64,000 bases of DNA from contig BFEA01000027.1 of the NCBI GenBank assembly GCA_003427395.1, positions 3,077,181 to 3,141,180 on the forward strand. Direction: 5' to 3'. The DNA comes from Chara braunii (lineage: Eukaryota > Plantae > Charophyceae). The notes under the pieces are model-generated. The model was not told the DNA's origin. It searched no databases and saw only the letters and a list, made by a program, of their open reading frames with translations. Position 1 is the stretch's first letter, and each line of letters starts with the position of its first letter. Of the stretch, positions 49,089 to 61,552 are shown piece after piece. The position numbers and the translations under genes were made by a program.

Positions 49089-49891
49089 AGGAGATCTGGA
49101 GAAACCGAAGACAGAATGTGGTTAATCATGAAGAAGGGCAGTTAGAATCAATCAAGAATGGAATCAGAAACCAAGTAACCCGGCTGGACGCAACTACTTG
49201 AAGAAGCGGCAACACTCCAGACAAGTCAATCGAGCAAGAGATAGCGCCAGGGTTGAAATCGGAGTATCGCCTTCAATCAATGCTCAAGGAAGCTTTAGGT
49301 GTCTCTCTTAGACTAATTGCCTTCAAAAGGAGGAGAAAGTAATCAGCCTTCGTCTTTTTTTTCTCTTCTTTCTCCTCTCCTTGATTCTCATAATTCTTAT
49401 TATAATCAGTTCCTCAAACCTCAACTGATTCAAATTAAAAGAAGGACTTTGGGGTTGGGTAATCGGGGCTTCTATAATCCTTAGAAGGAATCACACTCCA
49501 AGGATACAATTCTCTTTTGCACACATACCCGAGTGTTGCCTTACCATTTCGTCTTCGTAATTCGAACCGGGATTCCCATTTGGACGCGCCAAAAAAAAAA
49601 AAAAAAAAAAAAAAAAGGAGGGGGACGAAAGAAGGAGAGAGAGAGGAAAGAGGAATGGGAGAAGTCGGAACTGCTGATTGCCTAACGTGCTTCCTAGGAC
49701 TTCACGATCTTTCAGGGGACTGCCGCCATCGGATCTCAAAACTGAGGGTCACGCCCGGATTTAACTTAGATCTAATCTTCATCATTCACCAGAACTAATT
49801 CGGATTGACTATGGCGCCGTAAGCCTGGTATTGGTCCTCTCCTTTCTGATCTTTCGAATTTCGACCAAGAAATTGCTCTGTATTTGCCCGG

Positions 49892-49939
<48 letters not shown>

Positions 49940-51133
49940 AGGGGACTTTGCAATACAATCTGCATTCGGAATTTGGACAGCCTTCAGGGGAAGAGTGAAG
50001 GGGAATTTGTCGCAGATAGATTAGGACGCCTCATCTTCTCCTAACCCTACTTTCGCAACCTCAATACAAATCCCGGACGAAACTGTGCTTTGATAACTTA
50101 CCGATTTCAGATCGCTAGGTGCAATCGCAATGAATGAAAAGACTGCGCTCATCACTGAGTAATCCTTACGCCTAGTGAAATTCATGGCTCTGGGGATGAT
50201 GAGTTATGCTTGGTTGTTACCTTATTTACCTTGGTTCATCTTCCCGCAAAAAATAATAATAATAATAATAATAAAGGAAAGAAAATGGTGGAAAGGACCC
50301 TACGCTTGATGTCTCTGCCTTTGTGATATTCCCCAAACCCGTACATCATCCATTAAGACTTTCGCCAAAAGAAGCCGCTTTTGTTTTACCTCTAAACCTG
50401 TGGATCGTCGTCCTGTCAAAATAATTGATGACCAGCTGGACTCTAATCTGCTCTCCGTAAATATTTGTTTCTATTTCAAATATGGGGCAGCGCCGCACAA
50501 CGCACGAAATGAAAAACGAAGCGAGTGCATCTTCCCACAAAAAATGGTCAGGTTCGTCAGTTTTTGCTATATATAGTAAAGATGTATTTTTCAACTTTCA
50601 TGGGTAGATGCAGTCGTTTCGCAGGCCGTACGGCGCCGCCCTATATTTCGTCACTCCAACGGACAATGTATGCGTGACTGTAACTCTTATGCTCAGAATT
50701 CTCAATTCAAAAATAAATAATAAAAAAAAAGGGGGGGGGGGGGAAGGGAAAGGGGGAGGGAGAAAGTCAAGAAAAGATGAACGACGAAGCATGAATTCAG
50801 GGGCAGGATCGTTTTTTGCCGACTACCACCTTCTAAAAATAAAAAAATAAAAAAAATAAAAAATAAAAAAAGGAGCCTCATCAGATGGAAGTTCATGGAA
50901 TCGTAAATAAATACTGAAAGCTGCATAACCCGAAGCCGCGGTAGTAACGAAGAAGCAGTCCCAGAAGACAACATAAGGCCTCGCGGCACGACACTAGACA
51001 TATCAAGATGCTTCTAGTACTGTCAGACTTCCTGATCGGACTCAAGAGCTGCCATTGCTGTTCATAAGGCCTCGCTTCACCACCGTCAAAAACTGAATTT
51101 TTCGACATTTTAAATAGATTGAAGCAAATTGTC

Positions 51134-51168
<35 letters not shown>

Positions 51169-52412
51169 AGAGAAGGAAATATCGCCACACAGGCTGTCAA
51201 AACGACGGTTGTCAGAATTGCTCGACACCTGGTAGTGTCGGAACTTGGTTTCAACGGTCATATGATTCACACTCGAGGTAGGCGAGCATCCGACAGGATT
51301 TCCTGTAGTCGTCGAAAATCCATAGGAATTCGACGCCACTTGGATTTTGTCGTTGTTGCGTTTGTCGTTTGCAAGTGCTTCGTCATTGGCCGCTAAAACG
51401 CGCCATCTCCTCAAAGACGTGTTGTTTGCAGTCCATCTGCGCATGAGCCAAGAGGTGAATGGACCCAGGGACGGTGCTTATCCCACCATGCGAACAACTA
51501 CTGTCCCGCCAGACAATCACTCGTCGGTGCCTGCCGATGCCTCCCAGCTCTGACGAAGTACAGACAGAAACTCGACACCACACTGCTCGACGGTGCTGAG
51601 CAGTGAAAGTAGGTAAGATCGCCAAATCGGTAACTGTCGAATCCAGTTCGACAAAAAAAAAAAAAAAAAAAAAAAGGGGGTGGGGGAAGGGGAGTAGATT
51701 TGACGGTGGTACCTCGCCGCACTATCAAAACGGTATCTTGACTGTCTCACGTCCATACCAACAACAGGTGTCAAATTAGGGCCTCGCCACACGGTAAAAA
51801 AAAAAAAAAAAAAACGATGACTTCGTTTCGTGAGTCATCGCCGCATAGCACCCACACGAACTGTGTCAGAAAGAACTCTTGAATGTTGTCAGCCTCCACG
51901 TTCGCGAGATCCCACAAGTGTGCTGACTCCTCCCTGCCTGCAGCCCTCGCGAACTTATAGGTCCTTCGTTGGTAGGGTGGAGGAGTTGCGAAATCTCACG
52001 AGCATGCTGCATCGCTCCAACAGAAGTCCATCCAAAGAACTTGGACCGTAGCATCCACAAATATGGACTGTAGCAAAACGAATCCCCCACTACTGTCGCC
52101 AGGGCGTTGTTACTAGAGTTTTTGTGCGTGCTGAGGGGCGGTGGGGCAAACTGCTTCAAAATGTATCCTATTTAGAATCTCAAAAGAATCTAGTCTTATT
52201 ATACGGTCAATATCAGTATACTTTGGTTAATCACATGGATATAAAAAAAAATATCGAAAGGGTGGATCACGGCCTCGTGAGGCCTCGCGACTCTGGTGAT
52301 CGTTTCGTTAGTTGTGCCATGCGGCAAGGCCATTAAACTATCGATAATCCCCCGCGAAGCATTCGTTTCTCCCGCCTGCAGCAGGTAAAATTTGAAAGCG
52401 TCTTACCGCCTT

Positions 52413-52470
<58 letters not shown>

Positions 52471-53293
52471 AAAAGCACGAGACTTTCCGTCGTCAGAATA
52501 TCAAAGCTGACAGCAGTGCCAATTTTGTCCCCTTGTTTTAACAGATATTGTTAAAATCAATACGGCGGATACCCTGATCCCGAAGGCCCCACACAGATGG
52601 CAATAACGTTTCTCGACAGAAGAACCCTTCACCACGCAAAGGGACGACGTAAGCACGAATCCATTTGCATTCAAAATACAATCTTTGAGTTTTTTTAGGC
52701 AGATGGCGGATAAACTGTAGATCACTGACTTCGGAATTCTTCGACACCTATAGTGGTCGACAACCTGTTTGGCGAGCCTCTTACTCCTGGCCCTCGAATC
52801 TCGTAAGCATACTTGGCTGTCTGAGAGAAGTTCTAGAAACTAATTTCCCCCCGAAACTGAAGGACAACTCTAGAATTTAAGACTGCTCAACAGACCCATG
52901 ATCGCCAAAAAAAAAANNNNNNNNNNNNNNNNNNNNNNNNNNNNNNNNNNNNNNNNNNNNNNNNNNNNNNNNNNNNNNNNNNNNNNNNNNNNNNNNNNNN
53001 NNNNNNNNNNNNNNNNNNNNNNNNNNNNNNNNNNNNNNNNNNNNNNNNNNNNNNNNNNNNNNNNNNNNNNNNNNNNNNNNNNNNNNNNNNNNNNNNNNNN
53101 NNNNNNNNNNNNNNNNNNNNNNNNNNNNNNNNNNNNNNNNNNNNNNNNNNNNNNNNNNNNNNNNNNNNNNNNNNNNNNNNNNNNNNNNNNNNNNNNNNNN
53201 NNNNNNNNNNNNNNNNNNNNNNNNNNNNNNNNNNNNNNNNNNNNNNNNNNNNNNNNNNNNNNNNNNNNNNNNNNNNNNNNNNNNNNNNNNNNN

Positions 53294-53335
<42 letters not shown>

Positions 53336-54896
53336 AGAGAAGGGGGAAGGGAAGAAGGGGGGGGGTGGATGGGGAATGTTGCAAGCTTATAATTCACTTG
53401 TCTTACCAGCTCAACAAATTTCAATGACCCCATATAGAGCCAGGCTGAGGATCTGAAGGGGACAAGAATCAAAACAGGAATCATGGAGAGAGAAAAAGGC
53501 TAACTTGGGATCATGGCTACACTAGCCTGCAGATTCGAGCCTAAAGCTACACTTGAAACATTAGTATCAGCAAATTCAAAATTGATTAGACCATCTTGGG
53601 TAATATTAGCAGCAAATATGCAAGTACGCTCTGAGGCAGACTGACAGAAGGGATGGTATCACCTGAAAGACAATTCAGCTCAGTGACAACGATGGGGCAG
53701 CCATTAACACTAGGTTTTGGCAAGGCGAGGCTCTCCGCAGCAGCGGTAGTTGGAACAAAAGCACTACGACCGTTCCAATAACTAAGGTAGCGGTCGAGCT
53801 GCTAAATAATAGAAGGAATACCTAATGCGGTAAAGCACCTACCTGGCCTAACCATCTACGCATTATAGACCAAAAACAGCTGAGTACCTTGAAGACTATA
53901 TCAGCAGCATCAGACATTGGCAGTATTTTCTGAACAAATGTAGCAGTAACAATGGAAGACGCAAGCCATAGGTGGAGGCTGTAATGGCAGCCTGAATAAT
54001 ATTAACTATAAACCAAGTGAAAATGTCATAAAAGGAGAATAAGCAACAGTAATAGCACCAAAGACTGCAGCGGTAATAAACCTGGAGTAGGCGGCAGCAG
54101 CAAGAATTCTCTGCAGCAGCCGCAACAGAGGAAGAAGTACTAACAATCGACTTAACCAACCATTGAACCATGGACAGTTACCCTCCACTGCCATCTCACC
54201 AGCTATCGGACCCCTCACTTGGCAATTCGTGATAAGATCCGGACTGAGAATTCATGTCATTTTAGGACGGAATCTGGCTTACTAAGGAGTTTCCCAAAGG
54301 ATATGCATATAAACTACATTACGATGGTTTATGTAGGTTCCCTTACGAGCTCAGCACTAGCAGTAGTTGCATTGCCAACAGTTATAACCTTTTATCACTA
54401 AAAGCAGTACCAAGTTTTTTGCAATATCCTCGCCACAAATGGCACTAGTAACTGCAGTAAATGAAGTATCTATGGCAACTTCATCCACAGTAAATAAGCA
54501 GCAGCATTATCAGGTACTCATATCAGCAGCAGGGCAATTACAAAACATTAGAGTTACAACTGTAGCTTGAAGTGGTATTTGGGGCAACCTCTGCATTTGC
54601 TGATTATATAATTAAAAAAAAAAAAAAAAAAAGGGGAAGAAGAAGAAGGAAGGAAATGGTAACAGGAATCAACTCCCCATTATTTGCCCAAATTATTTAA
54701 CCAGATGAACAAAGCCTCAACAAGGCAGACGAAATAGTGTACTTAAACCCAATCAACCTTGTTTTCTAGATCCTGGTTGTACATTTTGAAAAAACTAATG
54801 AATCAAAATGGCAGCATTTGAAAGGATTCCAACCCACTCATTGTTTTCCTAACGAATCATTTGGACCATAAAAATCAAAAANNNNNNNNNNNNNNN

Positions 54897-54937
<41 letters not shown>

Positions 54938-55479
54938 TGTGTGTGTGTGTGTGTGAGAGTGTGTGTGTGTGAGAGGGGGGGGGGGAGAGAGAGAGAGAGG
55001 GCATGTGTGCCGTGGAGAAGAGGAGGGTTGGATTTGGCAGATCCGTGGTTACTTGGAAGGGCCACAGCGTGGTTATCTTCATGACATTGGAACGTCACCA
55101 TCATCGTCACCATCATCATCAACATCATCACCACCATCATCATCATCATCGTCATCACACCTGACACTAGTTGTCTTGTTTTCCGCAATCTCATCTTCAT
55201 CATCGTTCATCACGAACCGATATTAACAGCCTGATTAAAAAAATAAAGTAAAAAATCATAAATCCCTGTTTTTTCAGCGGCAAAATACGTTCGACAACAC
55301 AAGACGTACTAATTACGTGTCATTCTCTGGCAACTGCAGCGAGAGAGACAGAGGGCGATACGATCGGCAGAACACCAACTTCACGTCATCGCTGCGGGTA
55401 ATCCAATGAGAGGAACCGGGGCGTGTAGCATCAACGATTTGGACAAAGAAGTGGGGGAGGGGGAGAAGGATGAGACTAC

Positions 55480-55601
55480 GGGCCTCGCTATACTACTCTC
55501 GAAATGTGGGAAACGAGAGTGCATCTTCCGCTGGAGCGTGGCAAGATGCACCACCATGATTTTTGGCTTTCGTGCATGTCGAGAGTAGTGGAGCGAGGCC
55601 C
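55480..55601. mobile_element. Tourist-like MITE, family A
   Basis: TIR GGGCCTCGCT..ACTACTCTCGA; homolog of 41836 and 61372 copies. Confidence 0.7.
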
Positions 55602-55648
55602 AACCTACACTTGTGCATGTGAAGAGTAGTGGACGTGCAGACTGCAAC

Positions 55649-55778
<130 letters not shown>

Positions 55779-55852
55779 GGTGAGAGGAAGGAAAAGTATA
55801 TTAGGATCATTCTTGTAACACTTCAAATAATCAGTAATTCTGTATCTCCCAG

Positions 55853-57046
55853 ATGGATCCCATCCTGAAGGCCCTGATTCAAACTCGGGGTGCACCTTCC
55901 ATAAAGGGTACCAAGGTCTTGGTTTATGCAACTCAACCTCGCAACGATTGGTACGAAGGCGAGATCATTGATTGACTGAACCCGCACTGTGAAAGGATAA
56001 AAGACTATTTTTTCGATATCAGAAGAACAGACACAGGCAGATCGGACCCAGCCCTCATGCAATTGATTAGAATGGCCCATTCCAAGAGCCAGGATAGAAC
56101 AATGCATGTTGTCGATCTTGATGATGATGAAAATGTCGAGTGCAGGTACCGGCTGAAGAGGAAGAGAGTTTCTGATCACCGTTATAACATTCAAGGAACC
56201 TTCAACAATCATGTCAACGACGCAATCAATTTGCAGACCGGAGGCTTGATGAATCAGGTCATCAACAGAATAGGCAGTCACAAACCACCTCAGCCTGATG
56301 ACCCTTTTCAGCAAGGCTCAAACCCGAACGTCTTCCTCCGAAGAATCTCAGGAATATCGCAACCTGCAAACGTCACTACTCAAGCCAAGAACGTAGCTGG
56401 CATTTCCTGGGGAGGTAATCATCACCCTTATGCTGCAACCGTTGCCCCACAGACCCCGGATGCAGCTGGCTCCGCCGATGGAAGCCGCTATTTTCCTAAC
56501 GTTGCAACCGCTTCTTTCAACCACCTGCAGAACGGAGCTTTGGGCCACTTGGCAGGGAGTTTCAGTAACCCTTTTGCAGGAGAACACTCTGCCCAGACCT
56601 CAAGCTTCCTTCCTTCAAACCTGGTAGCTGGCAGCTTCCAGGGGGCAGGAGCATCTTCGTCGGCAGCCCCCAAGAAGAGCGATAGCTCGGTCAAGAGCTT
56701 TTTTAACAAGATAATTTCGTACCTCCGCCCCAAGAATGGCTTGGCTGCTGACGAAGTCGAAGCCCTGGCTTGGTGCTATGAAGAGAAACCGTGGCGGCGC
56801 CATGTAAACTTGGTTGTCATGGCTATGCAAGTCTACCTCAGTTACATGCACTGGCCCTACGGGAGGCAGGAGGCGGAAGGATTCAGGTACAAAACCCTTG
56901 ATTATCCGGAGTTATTCTGCGATGAAGGCGTACCTAAGCTCACTCAACAAGTTTTCAAGCAAAGCCAAATCAAGTCCATGATGAAGGTCTTCCCCAAACT
57001 ATTGTCAGATCTACATCTGTATAGATACACTGCAGGCCAAAGGTAA
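55853..57046 (+). pseudogene. YR-retrotransposon ORF1 (gag-like) with Tudor-like N-terminus; one in-frame TGA at 55973
   Basis: ATG 55853 is in frame with ORF 56057..57046; N-terminus GTKVLVYATQPRNDWYEGEIID...HVVDLDDDE; gag role inferred from position. Confidence 0.55.
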
Positions 57047-57457
57047 TAATCCACGGCAATGAGAATTTTTACTTCCTTCCTTAAAGCCGCAAGCTACCCA
57101 GTTAACTCACCCCAACTCTACCTTGTTGTAAAAAGGAAAGAAGAAAGGTGAAATAACTAGATTATTGGTAATTCTAAAAATTTATTCGGACCCCTTTAGA
57201 GGCTACTGTTTGGCCTCACGGCTTTTTCCGGTGGGATTCTTAAAGTTATTTTGAATTGCTTAGCCAACCTCCTACTCCCCTCCATGAAGACTCAATCTCA
57301 GGTACGTTCTAACTAACTTATATCTCATTTTTTTCGCAGGAAAGGTGTTGATCAAGAGAAGAACCCGAATCAGCAAAACCAGAAGAAGAACTCAAGACGA
57401 GGGGGGAAAGGAGGGTACCGGCAGCTCAAAGTGGACAGGATACCGGACTTTTAGACC

Positions 57458-59502
57458 ATGGAGCCCTGCCTGACCATGAATGAGTTATTGGCAGGATTCC
57501 ACCACCTGCCCTCCTTGGAGGATGCCCAAATGGCTATCTCCTATCTCTCAAGAGCACAGGAATGGTTGAGAAAGCCCGAAGATTTCAAAGGAAACTCACT
57601 CGCCTCCTGTCTTTCTGAGTGCACTCAGTTGTTAAAATGGCATGAGACATCCGATTCAAGAGCAGTCCTTCATTGGATTGAAAGAGGGGTTATCCTCAAT
57701 TTCAGGGGATCTTCTCACAACGATCCCAAAAAGATTGAAGAAGTCGTTCGAATGGTCAAGCCTGTTATGACCAAGGCAAAATTTAGAAGAGCATTGAGAT
57801 GCAGGGCTCCTCCGCCAGTGCATTTCCCTTCCTACGAGCACTCCGTTAGGGACAAGGATTTTATTATCGAAACAATTGGAACTCTGTTGGCTCAGGATGT
57901 CATCGAAGAATCACCAAATCCGATCGTTATTAATCCAATTTTCGTACTCGAGAGCTCTTCCAAACTAAGATTTATTATGGATTTGCGATTTGTCACTCTC
58001 TTCATCTCTTTCCCAAAATTTCACTATGAGTCTGTCTCTGATGTTGCATCCGCCTGTTCTGATGTCCCTCTCAAGGATTTTCTCACATCCTACGATGTCA
58101 AGAATGACTACTATTATGTGAAAGTAAATGAGATGTCTCAACCTTACCTTGCCTTTGAATGGAACGAAAAGTTTTACCATTTTAAATGAGATGTCTTCTG
58201 CATGCTGGATTTTCACAACCATCATGCAAGAGATTATGGCTGCGCTCAGAATTTTGGAGGTAAAAATCTTCTCTTACATTCATGACTCACTATTAACATC
58301 TGAAACTTATCTTCAATCTCTGTGGCAATCCTTTCTCTACACTTGTCTGATGCAAAAATTAGGGTTTTTTCTAAGCATAAGCAAGTGTTCCTTTCTCCCA
58401 TCTCAAAAAGTCAAGTTTTTAGGTTTTATGGCGGATTCTCATCAGAAAAGGATTACCATTCCTGAAGAGAAAAGTTGTCAAAATATTATCAATTTTGACC
58501 GAAAGAAGGAAGCCACCTATGATTTCTAGCAGAGAACTCTCTTCAATCGCTGGGAAATTGGTAGCACTTGCTAGGGCTTTCTCCCCCGCAGTGGCTTTTT
58601 GTTCTCATCTCCATAGGGCCATCCGTCTTAACAATTGGGATGCCAACCTCCAATTATCCACTCTGATCCTTCAGGATTTGCATTGGTGGGAATCAACGTT
58701 GAATTCCCTCAAAGGAAGTTATTGGCCTTTGCGAGAGATCTCTGTCACCGTGCAAACCGATGCATCAGAAAATACAGTCGGTGCAATCGTTGTTGGTAGT
58801 AAGCTCAAGAAGTCAAACTTCCTACTCCCTGGCGACATGATTGGTACCTCTAGTACCCACAGAGAACTATTCGGTATCCTAGTTACCTTGGATCTCATTG
58901 GCTCCAAGTTCAATGAGGTTTTAGAGGAAGGTGCGATAAAGCTAATAGGTGATAATGTTGGAGTCATTGCCCTCTTGAAAAGTTGGAGCACCCCTGTGGA
59001 GGAACTGAATCGAATGCTACGAGAAATTGCTACTCTGCTGCTCAAATTCGACTGCCAATTGAGACCAGTATGGGTTCCAAGGACTCTTAACACGGAAGCT
59101 GATGATCTGTCAAAACTTCAAGACGCAACAGATTGGGGTCTTGCATACCAAGTTGTCACTCTCTTAATAAGAATGTTCGGATTCCCAGCCATTGACATTT
59201 TTGCCTCTGACGTTCATCATGTTTGCCCCACCTTCATTTCAGCAAACTTGAGCAGAGGATGTCTGGAGGTGGATGCTCTATCATTGAATTGGATCACTCT
59301 ACCTCGGGAACCTTACCAATGGATCTTTCCCCCAACTTGCCTCATCAGTCCTATTATCAAGTGCATGAAGAAGTATGGAGGGGAATACCTCCTCATTACT
59401 TCGGAATCCATCTTGGCTGCATGGTACCCTTCCATCATCGCCTTCGAATGTTTGGGTTCCTTTTCCTTGGACAAGTGTCCCTCAACCTGCTTACCTAGTT
59501 AG
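57458..59502 (+). pseudogene. YR-retrotransposon pol: reverse transcriptase, RNase H, DNA N6-adenine methyltransferase-like domain (frameshifted)
   Basis: RT: NPIFV..KLRFIMDLR, FHYES, YDVKNDYY, YLAFEW, YIHD (=YIDD), KFLGF. RNase H: TDAS, HRELFGI, GDN, WVPR..N..AD.LS. MT: IDIFAS, VDALSLNW, WIFPP. Confidence 0.92.
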
Positions 59503-59568
59503 CGAGTGTCGGCAGACGTTCCGAATTCGTCTAAGTTTGGACTGATAGCAAGAAGGATCTCAATCAAG

Positions 59569-60518
59569 TCATAAGCACCGATGGTTGCATCCAAAACCAT
59601 ATCTAACAAAAGAAGAGAAACTCTTCCAAAAACCCTGAGCGAGCATCTGTTCGAGTGTCCAACCTTCGCGTATGCCTTCTCGGACCCCCCCAACTCGGAA
59701 GCTATGACCACTCTCATGATTATTTATCTTAAGATCAATCAACCATTTCTTTAAGCTTTTGTTGAAAGCATTCAAGGATAGCCCTTTTTTTCGATTGAGT
59801 ACTACGAAAAACGGGCCCGTTGCGAACGATTTCGTTGTTGAGTCTTGGTATGACTTGGTTGAACAATCAATGCCTCCTTGTCTATCTCCTTCTCTTGAAG
59901 ACGTAAACCTTCCCCACCCCTTTGCCAACTCTCCCACAAATAAGTCATAATGCACAAATCCCGAAGTGAGGCAACATATGACCAACCCTTTTGTATACGC
60001 ATCCTCTCTCTGATACCCTCTCGAAGGATTGTCATCTTCTCCCTAGTAATGGGAGGGGCTTGCTCCTCAAGAACCCCTCGGTCATGAGCCCAGTTTTGAT
60101 AAGATCGACGAAACATCTTAATCTTGGTCGATTCGCAAGGATTATGTGCCCCCTCCTGACCAAGTATACGAAAACCATTAGTCAAGCAGCTAACAGCACC
60201 ATCTAGGGTGCTTACGGCAACAAAAAATTTTCCTTCCCGGTCCCTAGTTCGGGAGCCTCTCCTAAGTTCCGGAAGCAGGCAACCTTCAACAAAAGCTAGT
60301 ACATCCAAATCAGTACAATCTTGTAGTCCTCGTCTTACTCCGTTTTGATGGAGCCAACAAATTAGAAACCAAAGAATCTTCCCTCTTTCTTGTTCAATAG
60401 CCTTGCTCACGCCATATTGGGCTATCAACTCTATTGAGTTTATCAATCCTTGAGCATATTGAGCCTGCATGTCTAGAAGTGCAGCACTGGCTGCTTTTTG
60501 AATTCCTTGACTTAGCAA
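59569..60518 (-). pseudogene. Tyrosine recombinase of the retrotransposon (one frameshift near 59820)
   Basis: Core-binding region (TLDGAVSCL..NPCES); catalytic set QRGGE (R), HTKT (K), GHSFRVGG (HxxR), GFWKS....RY (W, Y). Confidence 0.92.
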
Positions 60519-61177
60519 CTGCTTGCTCCACCATATGCTGCAACAATTTCAATCAATTCAAGACTTGTGCGTCAATTTTATCATTCATTTCAAAGTCATT
60601 TCATATTGAAAGTTGCGCACGTGCGCACGAATTATGAGGGTTCCCGCCCGCCCCATTCTCCCGCGGTGCTGGCCCTCGCAGGCCACTTTTTCAAACCAAG
60701 AAACCTTCATGACTCTTTGTCTTTTGCTAAGATTCCTTACATGTATCACATCATATCTTGATTGGCACTTCGAACATCAAGATGAACCAATCAGAATGCA
60801 TGCGGACCCAGATGCATCTACAACAGTTTTCATGTGGGAGGTAGATACGACGAGGAGCTTCTGGTGTGTCCTTGCAAACAATAGCAGGATGAGGTGCAAC
60901 TAACCTACCTGCGGGTGGATTCGTGCTCTCCATCTGCAATGTTCAATGATCCATGGTCAGAAATGAAGAATGTTGGTAAATTAACTGTCCAGTGCCCCAG
61001 ATCACGGGCGCAAAAGAGTCCAATTTTTTTCTGCATGGGTGGGAAGGTGTAGCTCTGCAGACTGATAGCCATGCCGGGGTTCGTGCTCTATTTATCATGA
61101 GGCGAATAGGTTCTAAGGTAAGCTTGATACAGAGAAATTTGTGGTGCAGCAAACTGACACACTGTTGCAAGAAGTTG

Positions 61178-61236
<59 letters not shown>

Positions 61237-61371
61237 GAGGGGGGGGGGCAAACTCAAAATATGACTTCTTCTTTACTTATTTTTTGACGTAATTGTGGCG
61301 TGACACAACCAGGTCCAGCCATAAATGTGGTCAGATACATGTAGGACAATGGTACTATGAGTATACCCTTA

Positions 61372-61493
61372 GGGCGTGGCTCCATTACTCAACCACTGTG
61401 CAAAATGAGAATGCATCTTCACCCAGAACACCCAAAGATACATCGCCCAATTTTTTTTCTTTTGTGCATGCCGTGAATAATGGAGCGAGGCCC
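61372..61493. mobile_element. Tourist-like MITE, family A
   Basis: GGGC..GCTCCATTA / TAATGGAGCGAGGCCC TIRs with perfect TTA TSD. Confidence 0.8.
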
Positions 61494-61552
61494 TTAGTCA
61501 CGAAATGAATGGAAAGCGTTTGATCGAGGTGGTAAGAAGCAAGAGAGCTGCT

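Larger units (their letters stand above)
55853..60518 (+). mobile_element. Decayed tyrosine-recombinase retrotransposon (DIRS order; PAT/kangaroo-like arrangement); coding span, termini not defined
   Basis: ORF1, then RT-RNaseH-MT on +, with a convergent tyrosine recombinase on -; no integrase or protease motifs. Confidence 0.9.

Noticed and set aside
55075-55215. Asp-rich minus-strand frame (MNDDEDEIA...DDDDDD)
   Set aside because: Explained by a (CAT)n microsatellite; short and closed by a stop.
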